Shown piece by piece: positions 14,401-27,136 of a stretch of 64,000 nt of DNA. The DNA is taken from contig NC_043021.1 in NCBI RefSeq assembly GCF_006345805.1, forward strand, positions 7,378,001 to 7,442,000, read 5' to 3'. Made by a program: the position numbers and the translations under genes. The stretch's first letter is position 1. Each line of letters opens with the position of its first letter. Origin of the DNA: Octopus sinensis. Taxonomy: Eukaryota. The notes beneath the pieces are model-generated. The model was not told where the DNA came from. It saw nothing but the letters and a program-made list of their open reading frames with translations, and did not search any database.

Positions 14401-15094
14401 CTCTGTATGTGTATTTGTCAGGCACTTGCCGTGAGTAGGCCCGGCCCAATGAAGTATTTTTTCAACAAAAGACCCAATGTCTATGAAATAATATTAAAAG
14501 ATATTTTCCACTACAAAATGTATTTACACATACAACACACACACACACGCGCGCGCGTGCGTATAGTTCCACACACACACGTAATATTAAAATTCAGAAT
14601 CTGTTTACCTGCTTGTGTGTACCTTAAATTTTGCGAAAATAGTCCATTGTTGCACAAAAATGTTTTGACAAACGTAAATTTTACAAAACCTCCAGTGTAT
14701 TTCTACACCATTGAACCCTGAAAATATTAAAAAAAACTGCAATTGTTTGTATTATAAACACGGAACAGTGAATTTCTAGTCGTTCATGAAAGGCAGAAAA
14801 TTCACGACGGAATGTAAATGAAAGTTTGAATGAGGAGCAGAGGAAAGGAACAGTGAGAAGTATATAGAAAAAGGAGAGAGAAAATGAAAGAAAACAAAAG
14901 AGAAAGTAGTAGAAAATAAAATTAACGGAAAAGAAAGTTTGTGATACTGAGAGAGGAATGCACGGCTTGGGGAGTAAAAGATGAGAAAAGTAATTGCGTT
15001 AATCGGAGCTAAGTCCATTGCTGTACCCATATATATTTGCTTACGTTTTGTGTTTATGTATGTGTATTAAATACTAGCGCTCGTAACCTCGAAG

Positions 15095-15478
15095 GTGCAG
15101 TTGTGGCTGTAAGCATGGTTCTGGGTTCATTCCCATTGCGTGGCACCTTGTACAAATGTCTCTTACTATGGCCTCGAGCCGACCAAGGCCTTGTGAGTGG
15201 ATTTGGTAGACGGAAACCGAAAGAAGCCTGTCGTATATATGGATATATATATATAAGTGTGTGTGTATATGTTAGTGTGTCTGTTTGTCCCCCTAGCATT
15301 GCTTGACAACCGATGCTGGTGTGTTTAAGTCCCCGTCACTTAGCGGTTCGGCAAAAGAGACCGATAGAATAAGTACTGGGCTTACAAAAAATAAGTCCCG
15401 GGGTCGAGTTGCTCGACTAAAGGCGGTGCTCCAGCATGGCCGCAGTCAAATGACTGAAACATGGAAAAGAGAAAAGAG
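15095..15478 (+). mobile_element. SINE A
   Basis: Matches the A consensus; head diverged. Confidence 0.9.
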
Positions 15479-15585
15479 TATATATGTATGTATATATATG
15501 TATGTATGTATGTATCAGTATTTTTATGTGTATATTTGTATACATATAATAAGCATACAGATAGATAGATAGATAAATAAATAGA

Positions 15586-15681
<96 letters not shown>

Positions 15682-15689
15682 TAGATAGA

Positions 15690-15808
15690 TAAGGTAAAGG
15701 TAAAGGTAAAGTTAGATTCTCGATAGATACTGACCCATAAGAGCCCGTTTCTCGATTTCCATGGCGTACAAAATTCCGCACCCGAACGGGTCGCCAGTCC
15801 ATCGCAGG
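15690..15808 (-). mobile_element. SINE 3' fragment with V-domain-like motif and (TTTACC)n tail
   Basis: Minus strand CCTGCGATGGACTGGCGACCCGTTCGGG, related to 27340-27440. Confidence 0.6.
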
Positions 15809-16153
15809 ATCAAGACCGGATTTGGTGGCCCCTTATACACAAGAAGCAAAATCTTAGAAAATTACCAGATTTCAATCTCAAAACCCATCTGTTTCATGTA
15901 ACTGAATCTGATGAATTTGCAGAGAAAGTTTAAATAATGATTGAAAATGTCGTTTTTAGGTACATTTTTCAAATTTCAAATTTCGTTTTTCCCACATTGT
16001 GGAAAGTACAAAGAAGTGGGGAAGAATGGCAAGACTTTTTTTTTTTTTTTGATGATGCGAGTTACAAATGTTTCAGAATATGGAATAAGATAACATGACA
16101 GAAAATTACGAAAAAGAAAGAAATCATGTTTGTGGTTGTTGCTGTTCCAAACG

Positions 16154-16190
<37 letters not shown>

Positions 16191-16440
16191 GGGTGGGTAG
16201 AGACACCAACATTTGAAAGACATGGATTCTTCTTTTAAAACGGGTCTTCTTCATTGTTTTGCAATGCGTGAAATAAAAAGTGGGGTGAAATCCTAATAAA
16301 AACAGAAAAATACAAACAGTTATTTACGAAAGTCTGTTTTTTTTCCAGTTTCCATTAGGGGTAGGTGGGGCACAGTGAGTAATGTTTACGGTATTTTTGA
16401 CTTTGAAACAAAACATATTTTTCACAAATGTTCACTACCT

Positions 16441-17850
16441 TGTAAAAACTATATCAGCATATAGTTTGTTAGACAAGTAAGACCACGACTATTTATGACC
16501 GTCTACTTCGTACTCTATCTCTATACTGACCGACATCACCTTATTTATAATGACTAGCACATACTTCTTGTCACGTAGAAGGGTGTACTATTATTACTAT
16601 TATCCCCACAACATCTTCCCTATTAAGTTTTTCTTTTCTTTTAGAGAGTGTCATCTTATTTCTTTTAATAGCAATACTTTTTATATCACCCTATCTCCCT
16701 TTTTTGAGCTTTTTTTCTTAGTTACACTTTTAATATTATTTTCCATTTAGCATTTACTTTCAGGAACCTCTTCATTTTCTTATGCTTGTGCGTCTGGGTT
16801 CAATCACCTGTAGTGGTATTTTACTTGAACAATATCATATAAATATTCCATTGGTTCTTCCATTCTGTTGGGTTCGATCTCAACGAATCTTATTTTCAGT
16901 TGGTTCATGTGTCTCTTGTATACGCCTTTTCTGCTTTTTACTAAGTATAGCATATTTCTTATGCGTTTGGTAATCACGCCATCTTCCCATGTTTTCCATT
17001 CTTATGTGCCCTCACAAATACATATTCACCAAATTTGAAAAATCTGGCTGTATTTTCTATTGCAATTTTTTTCTTTTCTTGTCCGATAGCAATTTGTTGA
17101 AGAGTGATTTTATTTTCTTCGCAAACATCAGTTCCGCTTGTGACATATCTACTGGTGTATTTGAATTTGATGTCACACGGTATACTCTTAAGAATTGTTG
17201 TAGAGCTACCGCATCCATGACTTCCTTATTTGACTTTCTTAGGGCTCTCTTGAATAGACGCAGGAGTGGCTATGTGGTAAGTAGCTTGCTAACCAACCAC
17301 ATGGTTCCGGGTTCAGTCCCACTGCGTGGCATCTTCGGCAAGTGTCTTCTACTATAGCCTCGGGCCGACCAATGCCTTGTGAGTGGATTTGGTAGACGGA
17401 AACTGAAAGAAGCCCGTCGTATGTATGTATATATATGTGTGTATTTGTGTGTATGTTTGTGTGTCTGTGTTTGTCCCCCTAGCATTGCTTGACAACCGAT
17501 GCTGGTGTGTTTATGTCCCCGTCACTTAGCGGTTCGGCAAAAGAGACCGATAGAATAAGTACTGGGCTTACAAAGAATAAGTCCCGGGGTCGATTTGTTC
17601 GACTAAAGGCGGTGCTCCAGCATGGCTGCAGTCAAATGACTGAAACAAGTAAAAGAGTAAAAGAGTAAAGAGTAATATTGATAAAGCGTTCTACGTGTCC
17701 GTTAGATCTGGGATGGTTTGGCGCCGTAGTTACATATTCTACAGCAAACGTTTTACAGAATTTTTTAAATTCATGACACAAATTTGCATTCCATTGCCAG
17801 ACACTGTCCATCTCTGTCAACTACCTACTGTCTATCTTTATTCCCTTTTT
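16441..17850 (-). mobile_element. Gypsy/Ty3 LTR retrotransposon 3' remnant (integrase core, PPT, short LTR)
   Basis: TTAPNHPRSNGHVERFIN / FKRALRK..LQQFLRVYRVT..SQAELMF integrase motifs split by SINE A; purine tract TAGGGAAGA followed by TGTTG at 16613, candidate LTR ending CA at 16441. Confidence 0.75.
17257..17673 (+). mobile_element. SINE A inserted in Gypsy integrase
   Basis: Full-length copy; the integrase frame resumes on both sides. Confidence 0.93.
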
Positions 17851-18034
17851 TCTTTGCACTTCCTTTTTCTTCGTACTTGCTCTTCCTCAACCCTCTCGAC
17901 TTCACTCTATCTCTCTTTCTTCGCTTTTTGGTACCAAAAGACCATCCAATTTTTTTATAACTCATCTTTTTTCTACTTGACCAGTGCATAGGTAAGACAT
18001 ATTTCATCTTAAAATGTCAGTAAATATAATACAT

Positions 18035-18077
<43 letters not shown>

Positions 18078-18226
18078 TATATATATAGGTTAAGTAATTG
18101 AGATTCTAGTGAATTCTAAAGAATTCACATGAATTAACTAGGATGCACGGATATCTATATGGTGTTAACCATACGACAAGTGGGGTGATTATAAATAGGA
18201 AAACAAGCAACAAGAATGGATTAAAA

Positions 18227-18313
18227 TCTCGGTACGATCGTTTCGTACGAGGCATCTTTAATAAGCTACAAAAAATGCAGTGAATACAGATGGCTCGTAC
18301 TCGTCAGCCGAAA
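18227..18313 (-). ncRNA. type I hammerhead ribozyme (inverted copy)
   Basis: Reverse complement of the 18813-18900 motif; core intact. Confidence 0.85.
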
Positions 18314-18812
18314 AAATATCAGAGAATTCCCAAACATCAAAAGGGGTAGATACAAAAGAGGTTGTAAGATTAACTGCATTGAAGAAAGTTCGATTCATGG
18401 AGATCCGATGAAAGGTTTTAAACCTATAGAATTTATGCATGTCTACATATAGCTCATTACAAGAATCGCAGATAAGTTCGAACTTATCTGCGATTCTTGT
18501 AAATTTCAATAACAATCTGTTCCTCTACACGATATGACAGTCACTATGTTTTTACTCAGACTTTCCTCTACATGATGTGGCAGTCACTTTGCCTCTTACT
18601 CGGATTTTCAGAAATTTTGCATGACTGTATCTGAAAATTTCTTCATACAACTTGATCAAATATTCAATATGACCTATATGTAGACATGCATGAATTCTAT
18701 AGGTTTAAAACCTTTCATCGGATCTCCATGAATCGAACTTTCTTCAATGCAGTTAATCTTACAACCTCTTTTGTATCTACCCCTTTTGATGTTTGGGAAT
18801 TCTCTGATATTT

Positions 18813-18900
18813 TTTCGGCTGACGAGTACGAGCCATCTGTATTCACTGCATTTTTTGTAGCTTATTAAAGATGTCCTCGTACGAAACGATCGTACCGAGA
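18813..18900 (+). ncRNA. type I hammerhead ribozyme with extended stem II
   Basis: TTTCGG-CTGACGA-GTACGAG..CATCT...AGATG..CTCGTAC-GAAA-CGATCG-TA-CCGAGA; GUA cleavage triplet. Confidence 0.85.
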
Positions 18901-18945
18901 TTTTAATCCATTCTTGTTGCTTTTTTCCTATATATATATATATAT

Positions 18946-19808
18946 ATTATATAATTAGGGCTTAGTAAAATAAATTACTTTGCCACATACTGAACTTAGT
19001 AGAAATAGCAGCCAAAAAAAATTTTCTTAGCATTTCTACTACTTAAAGAAAATTTCTCTCAGATAATGTTTACTCCAGACAGCTGGAGTTCTACTAAGTT
19101 CAGTATGTGGCAAAGTAATTTATTTTACTAAGCCCTAATTATATAATGTAATATTTTGAATTCGCCTTAAATGGTCCTTTTACATACTGAACACTTGGTG
19201 AAATTGATTAATTAATTAATTTTACCCTCAATTGTTGTTATTATAATTCATTTCTCTCGGTCATACTACCTCGGTTCTCGCGGTTAAAATATAATGTTTG
19301 CTAGATAGATCACGTGGGTGGAATGGGGAGTGCAGAATTTTACGCCTGCGCATTTTGAATTTGTTGACACTGTTTAGTTGGAGTGGTTCATCTGAAGCGA
19401 CAAGTTCGCTGATAGGTAAAGTTCCTTCTTTTTTTAGTGTTTCCAAATCCAAATTAAGAAATTTTGAGCTGACGAAAGAAATGCTGATTTTATTTGGCTA
19501 ATCTTGAAACGTTGACGTACTCAAATGATCTATGTACTTGTGATATTTTTCTGTATTTACCCCCAAACCTTCGTGAGCTGTCTGGAGTAAACATTATCTG
19601 AGAGAAATTTTCTTTAAGTAGTAGAAATGCTAAGAAAATTTTTTTGGGCTGCTATTTCTACTAAGTTCAGTATGTGGCAAAGTAATTTATTTTACTAAGC
19701 CCTAATTATATAATGTAATATTTTGAATTCGCCTTAAATGGTCCTTTTACATACTGAACACTTGGTGAAATTGATTAATTAATTAATTTTACCCTCAATT
19801 GTTGTTAT
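18946..19808 (+). mobile_element. retrozyme-like / non-autonomous Penelope element (567-bp period plus inverted 5' fragment)
   Basis: 19089-19240 is directly repeated at 19656-19808; 18946-19084 is the reverse complement of ~19577-19714; (TA)n flanks. Confidence 0.85.
19463..19525 (+). ncRNA. type I hammerhead ribozyme, canonical core
   Basis: TTTGAG-CTGACGA-AAGA...TCTT-GAAA-CGTTGACG-TA-CTCAAA. Confidence 0.85.
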
Positions 19809-19829
19809 ATATATATATATAATATATAT

Positions 19830-20220
19830 TTAAGGTATGTAGAAAAAATACAACATGGACAAGAACGTATAACTCTTAGAAGACGACACAATAAACATGG
19901 ACAGGACATTCGACCCCTCAGTCTTCGTCAAGAACGGATCATCGTAGTAATTTCGGCTGATTAATCTTGAGATTACTAGATCACGGCCAGCCCTCCAAGA
20001 AAAACTAAGCAACGAGCATTAGAAAAACTAAGCTGGAAGCGTAGATTTCCTGGAAGAAGGATCGAATGCATACGAACACCAGGACAGCAAAAGGGACAGA
20101 TATAAAAAACAAAAAACAATAATGGAATACAGAAACATGAATACAGAAGCATTAACGTTGAAAACAACAAGTGTCTTACGACTGATACAAGCAAACAAAT
20201 TTTTTCTCTGGCGCATTTAT
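19830..20220 (-). mobile_element. family E repeat carrying a permuted hammerhead (core 19918-19977)
   Basis: Homologous to 36790-37260 and 28415-28590; (TA)n flanks. Confidence 0.8.
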
Positions 20221-20295
20221 ATATATATATATAGCAATAATAATTCTCTAAACGAGATATAGACAGTAACTGCTCCATGGCTAATGTCCCTTTTG

Positions 20296-20364
<69 letters not shown>

Positions 20365-20370
<6 letters not shown>

Positions 20371-21086
20371 GCCTATATGTATGTATGTATGTATGTATGT
20401 AACTGTATCGAAAAATATTTATTTTTTAAAAAATATTTTGTTTTTACTTCTAACAATTTCGATGGCAGTAAAAGGAGAAAACATTATCATGCAAACAACC
20501 AAGTGCGCACTTGTATATTATGCACGTATATACACAGACCGACAAATTTAATATACATCGTATTAGCCTACCCGTGTCGTCAAAAATGCATACAGTTCAA
20601 TTAATGATGGAAAACGGTGCATTAAAACAATTGGAGAAAGTACCGATAAATGTCAGTATATATATATATATATATATATATAATACACACACATATTTTA
20701 TATTATATGAATAATATTTTCTGCCAAGACAATTCTCTGAAAGTATATATATTTACTGACATTTATCGGTACTTTCTCCAATTGTTTTAATGCACCGTTT
20801 TCCATCATTAATTGAACTGTATGCATTTTTGACGACACGGGTAGGCTAATACGATGTATATTAAATTTGTCGGTCTGTGTATATACGTGCATAATATACA
20901 AGTGCGCACTTGGTTGTTTGCATGATAATGTTTTCTCCTTTTTACTGTCGGTTATTGAATTGCCATCCAAATTGTTAGAAGTAAAAAAAAAAAGAAGTTT
21001 TTTTAAATAAATATTTTTCGAAATTTCTTGTGCTCTTGTTGATTTTCAACTCCACTTTTACAGTTACATACATATATATAGGCATA

Positions 21087-21090
<4 letters not shown>
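20365..21090. mobile_element. foldback element with ~290-bp inverted repeats
   Basis: 20365-20665 is the reverse complement of ~20745-21090; flanked by (TA)n. Confidence 0.8.
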
Positions 21091-21145
<55 letters not shown>

Positions 21146-21599
21146 AAAGAGATTTGTTGTTTAAGACGAGAACAAAACATGGATATTAAAAAAAGAACAA
21201 CGAGATATTGAAAAGTCGTTGTTCAGATGTTTTAAATCCCCTGAAATATAGAAATACAAGGTAAAACTGCAACTTTGTTTTGTGTTGCTTTGTTTGTTTT
21301 TTATTTTTGTTGTTTTTCCTTTTTCCTTTTGTAGTTTATTTTGTACCTTGTCGCATTGTTCCGACTTTACAAATCTCTTTGAAATAACATCACACAATGC
21401 TTCACAAAAACTTCCCCATTGTAATATATATATATATATTACACACATACATACATATATATATGTGTGTGTTTACGTATGTATGTGTGTATGTATGTGT
21501 GTATGTATGCATATATATATATATATTCTTTTATTCTTTTAATGGTTTCAGTCGCCAGACTGCGACCCTGCTGGAGCACCGCCTTATTTTCTTTTTAGT

Positions 21600-22930
21600 T
21601 TTTTCTTTCTTATTTTTATTGTCGCTTTATGATTTTAAAAGTTGGTCGATGATCGAGTTTGTAGTTGCTGATCTTCCCTGAGTGTATCCTTGAATGGTTG
21701 GTTGGTTGGTCTGGTATCGTCGTTAGGAGTTCATTCAATGCTTTTTGAAAGTTACAGTAGAGGTCTCTTTCATATTTCTAATCTCGTTGAGTAAGCAGTT
21801 GAATACTTGAGAACCTCTAACTATTAGACTGGTACAGTAGAGTGTTTTTGCTCGTGATGGTATATTTGGAAGCTGCCAATTCGAGCATTAAATAAAGTTT
21901 ACTTTAATGCCAATGTTTGGAACATGCCTCTCCAGCATTTTCCATACGAATATAATAGTATATCTCTCTCTTCCGGACTAAGAGAGTAGAGACGCAGAGC
22001 TTTTAGGCGTTCCCCGTAATTAAAGCCATTCACCGAAGTTATTTTGCTGGCGAATGTTCTTTGTAACCCTTCAATTTCTTCTATGAGACAGGGTGAATTT
22101 TGAGAGCAAAGCTGTGAGCAGTAAGCTAATCTGTTCAGAACTAAGGTTTTCCATAAAGTTAGCACAACTACCGGTTCTCTTGTCGTGAAGGTTTGTAGGA
22201 TCCATTGTATGGGATGTCTGCATTTAGAGGTCAGTTTGTTGATGTGACTGATGAAAGATGCATCATTTGACATGATTATTCATAAATCCCGTATGTCATC
22301 CGTGCTCTGAATCATTGTATTATCTGGTGCCAAATATTGGGATTTGTGTCTATTCCCTTCATAATAAAGGGCCTGAAATTTTGATGTATTAAATTTCATA
22401 TTATTTTTATCTGCCCATTGATAAATGATGTTTAGATCATTTTGGAGTGTGATGGTATCTTCTGGAGATTGGATAGCCATTGCTATTTTTGTGTCGAGGG
22501 CGTAACTCATTAGGTTGGCCGATTGCATTTGTGAGCTTATGCTTGATAGGGTTATGGTAAATAATAAAGGTCCTAGCACCGTACCCTGAGGTATACCACT
22601 TATTACGGGCGACTTTGCTGAGAGATAACCGTTTACCGCAACAGATTGATTCCTATCCCGTAGGAAGTCAAAGAGTCATTCTCCGAGTTTTCCTATGATT
22701 CCAAAATTCCTTATCCTATGACAGATGATTCCATGATCAATCTTGTCAAACGCTTTAGCAAAATCAAGGAATATACAGTCAATGTCCTTTCCATTCGGGA
22801 GATTATTGAGGATAGTGTTATGACGTTGTAATAGTTGGGTCGGGCAACCTCGTCCAGTCCGAAAACCATGCTATGTATTATCTAAGAGGTTGTTTGTTTT
22901 CCTCAAGATATGCAGTTATTCTTTTTCGGA
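21600..22930 (-). pseudogene. CR1/L2-group LINE reverse transcriptase and 3' end (decayed)
   Basis: HGFRTGRGCPTQLL, DFAKAFDKIDH, SGIPQGTVLGPLLF, YA(L)DTK, NMKFNTSK, YGERLKALRLYSL; stops and frameshifts. Confidence 0.9.
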
Positions 22931-23094
22931 CAATGCATTGCCAACTTAAAATCAGAATTTTAGGCTAAATTTCAGTAGAAAAAATACAAAAAAAAATGCT
23001 AAAAAATGCTAAATATGACCAAAAAATGCTAAAGACTAATTATATCAAAAAGTTTAATTTTTATTTACATTTTTATTCACTTTTTTAATAATAT

Positions 23095-25550
23095 TCAGTA
23101 TTGAGAAATTATTTCTTGAAATTCACTGATTTGATCACTTTCAGCTGTAGTGCCTAGGTCTTGACTTCTGTATACATTCAAGGCCCCAATCTTGTTAATT
23201 ATGAGTTTTGGAATATCGAAGTTTTTGCAACATTTGCCATATCTTTTCAGGCCATATTTTATTGACAGCATTGATCTAAGCATAGGAAGATGCATTTTGT
23301 TTTTCAATTTTGATTTGATTACACCCATACTACTGAACAACCATTCAACTTCTGCATTTGAGTTTGGCAATGTCAAAAGATTAATGGCAAAATTTGCAAC
23401 ATCTCTAAAAAGATTTCCTCCAGTAGCATCTTTATATTCCAAGATTTCCAACCAGAATGCATCAGTATTAGACGTATTTGTCCATTTAACTAAATGAATG
23501 CTATTAAACTGAATTTCAATTGAAGCAATTTTTTCTTCATTTAAATGCATTACTTCTAAGACAGGTAAAATTGGCCCTTTGAAATGCTGCAAAATATTCT
23601 CTACTGAAAAACATTTGATATTCCTCACAATATTAATATTTCCTGGCAAACGGTGCTTGAGCTCTTTATAAAAGTCAGAATTAAAATTGTTGTGCTCTTT
23701 TGCGAATATTATTTTCTGCGGTGGCTGTTACAGTCTTCTTGATAATCATTTCTGCTATCTTCCTCTTGAATTTGTAGCCTAAATTTGGTTTAGGATCCAG
23801 AAATGTTTCAATAGAAGCATCCGGATCAAGAGGATCAATTCTACATGTTGGCAACACTATCATATTAGCAACAGATTTGATCAAATTTAAAAGATATTCA
23901 AGTAATTTTCTTTAGTCGACTGAGTTTGATTCAAACAGTTTATTCACTTCCTGAACATGTTTTAAAATTGGATGCCAAAATAAATGGTAAAGTTCCTTCC
24001 TAGAATCACAAAACATTTCATGTAATGTTTATGCTGGAAAGCATTTTTCTTTTATAGTTGTAGTTTGGAAGTGAGTTTGCAATTCAAACCATTGGTTTAA
24101 AATCCTATTTACCGCTGGTTCTATTGACAGCCACCTAGTTGTACAAGAACTCACGAGCTTTGTCATTGATAGCAAGGTAAAGTTGTTTGTAGGCACTTTG
24201 TCTTGTTGAAGAATGAGAGGACCATTTATAGGTTTCCGATACTAAAAATTCTAAATTTATGGGCAAGCATTCAGCACAAGTGTGGGATACTGCCAACTGT
24301 AAAGAATGACATGCACATCTAAATAGAAGTAATGACGGAACTTCTTTTAATTTCTGGAAAACACAATTGTCGACTCCTATCTTTACTCTAGCATTGTCGG
24401 TTCCTACAGCCAGTAAATTTTTATATCTAATTTCTTTTTCGCTAATTCAATTTTTAAGGCTTCTACAATGCCATCTGCATCACATGTTTCTAAAGATACC
24501 ATACTGAGATATGTATGTACCACTTTTTTTTGTGAGTGTCACTGTAATGTATGATAACAACTTGTTTATCGATATATCATTGGATTCATCTAATAACAGG
24601 CTAAATTTTCTATCTCCTATATCACAAAATCAAATCTCCATCAAAATATGGAGCTACAACATTTCTCACAATATTTGCACATTTTGTACGATGCAACTTC
24701 ACTTTGGACATAATATCACTATCAGACATATAATTCTTACATAACTCTATTAAGTGATCACGGCTATTAAATGACGAGGGGCAACAAATAGGCATTGCTA
24801 AATTTGATTCAAGCATAGATGTCTTATCATTTTTGGTTTTAATAAGATTGGTAAGAGGAATCGTTTGCTGTGGAGTCGATGCCTTATGTTTCTTTGCTTC
24901 ACAGTGGTTTACTAAAAGAGAATATTTTGCCAACATATCTTTATATATAAAAGTAAGGTTGTGTGTCTGTCTACTCCGATTTAGATTCCTAACTACTCCC
25001 ACATTTTGCGGTGCAGTTTAACCAAAACCGGGTATCTTATAGTCGTGATTCATATCGAGCCCTTCTGGGTATTAGCGCGCGTCTACGATGAGTCTACGAT
25101 TTAAAAAATAATTTACCATCATTTTTTCCATTTTAATGCATATTTTTTAAATATAAGGGAAGTAACTCTCTAAAAATATCTACGATGAGTCAACGATTTT
25201 AAAAAAAAATTACCATCATATTTTTTCTATTTTTAATGCATTTTTTTGCTATTTTTTGGCTATAACTCTCTAAAAATGCTTTATAGTTATTTCCCTTACA
25301 AACCCGAGCAACGCCGGGCGATACTGCTAGTTACATCTACAATATCTGCAATGTGCTTTAAATTGGTCACTAGGTACTTCAAACAACCACTTAGTAAACG
25401 CTGTTGTAGCGTCGGAAGTGGGAGAGAAAATAGTCTGCGCATCTTTACGGGGAGGGAGTTCGGAGTGTGCTACTAACACAGGATGTCACTAGTTTCTTTT
25501 GATCAACTGTTTTACTCTGATACTTACGTATCTTTCGAGACGGCCATCTT
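23095..25550 (-). pseudogene. hAT-family transposase pseudogene
   Basis: BED-like CRYC..H..H, FSLLLDES, GTDNA, CACHSLQLAV, TRWLS, and C-terminal dimerisation motif FW..LLTLPNSNAEVEWLFSSMGVIKSKLKN; fragmented. Confidence 0.88.
24938..25330 (+). mobile_element. non-autonomous Helitron inserted in the hAT transposase
   Basis: A|TC start, subterminal hairpin CCCGAGCAACGCCGGG (25303-25318), CTAG|T end, no TSD. Confidence 0.88.
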
Positions 25551-25709
25551 TCAACGTTAATACGCTTTTATTGTATTGGCGGACATGTTGATTGATAAGG
25601 ATGCTGTTGATGTTGTTGTTTGAGCATGGGTGAGCCCTGAATGAGCAGGCCTATGATCAAAGGCATTCTAACCGTGACTGTCTCTTCTTTATTTTAGACA
25701 TTCTATATA

Positions 25710-26325
25710 TCCTTTCTACTATAGGCACAAGGCCTGAAATTTGAGGGGAGGGGATAAGTCTATTTACAAGGATTCCCAGTATTCGACTGGTACTTAATTT
25801 ATCGACCCCGAAAGGGTGAAAGGCAGAGTCAACCTCGGCGGAATTTGAACTCAGAACGTAAGGATGGACGAAATGCCGCTAACCAATTTGCCCGGCGCGC
25901 TAGCGATTCTTATTTCTTTATTGCCCACAAGGGGCTAAACATAGAGGGGACAAAGAAGGACATTGGGATTAAGTCGATTTACATCGACCCCAGTGCGTAA
26001 CTGGTACTTAATTTATTGACTCCGAAAGGATGAAAGGCAAAGTCGGCCTTTGCGGAATTTGAACTCAGAACGTAACGGCAGATGAAATACCTATTTCTTT
26101 ACTACCCACAAGGGGCTAAACACAGAGAGGACAAACAAGGACAGACAAACGGATTAAGTCGATTATATCGACCTCAATGCGTAACTGGTACTTGTTTAAT
26201 CGACCCCGAAAGGATGAAAGGCAAAGTCGACCTCGGCGGAATTTGAACTCAGAACGTAACGGCTGACAAAATACTGCTCAGCATTTCGCCCAGTGTGCTA
26301 ACGTTTCTGCCAGCTCGCCGCCTTA
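25710..26325 (-). mobile_element. SINE B head-to-tail trimer
   Basis: Three B units joined near 25910 and 26092. Confidence 0.9.
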
Positions 26326-27136
26326 TTTTAAGCATCCTATATCAAGAACTATTTCATTCAATAGGTTCAACTTTCTTTCTAGGCAGCAGAGTACAATTTG
26401 AAGGATATTTGGTTGCTATTTCTAGCGTGTCGAGTGGATTATATTTTAGCGCTGTCTAAGATTAGACTGTTCAATGTATCCGATGTATATTTTACCATTT
26501 TACCATTGTTTGGTCTGATTTGATGAAGATTCTGCTGCTGTTTCTAGCAGGCTTAGTGGCGCTGATGTTGTTACCATCGTTTCTGCTAATGGCTAGTTCC
26601 GTTCATTTCCATTTTCATCCCTCCCCAACTCCTCACATCCTTGTGTAACGTCCACGTTCATTTAATTTTTTTCTTTCCTTTCAATCCATCCATAATTTTT
26701 TTGTTTTAGTCTTCGTTAATTGTTTCTGTATATTACATTTTGTTGTCTTTTGCGTGTGTATGTGTGTGTTCTTTTTCTTTTTTTTTTTACAATATTATTA
26801 TTTTGATCTTTTCTGTCCAACAGAACAAAGAGAATGTTTAATTCGGGAAACCTTTTCGTTTCGGAAACGACGGGTGGTGGAGTTGGTTTGGGAGGGGGAG
26901 ATGTTCAGGTGTCGGGATGCTGGATATGAAAAAATTGGTGTGACGGATACAGTTGAGTGTCGTTGAGAAAATGGTTTCCATGGTGTTTCAGTTACAATAA
27001 ATTTATATACGTTTAGACACACAAACACCCATGCACACAGCAGCGATACTAGGGAAATAGGCGAGTAGTGGGTTGTCTGCCACAGGCAACGCTTTTGGAG
27101 TGGGGTGACACATTTACGTCGGCTATATGAGCCTAA

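Larger units (their letters stand above)
18087..18931. mobile_element. Penelope/retrozyme-like element with ~257-bp inverted repeats, each carrying an HHR
   Basis: 18195-18452 is the near-perfect reverse complement of 18674-18931; flanked by (TA)n. Confidence 0.85.
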
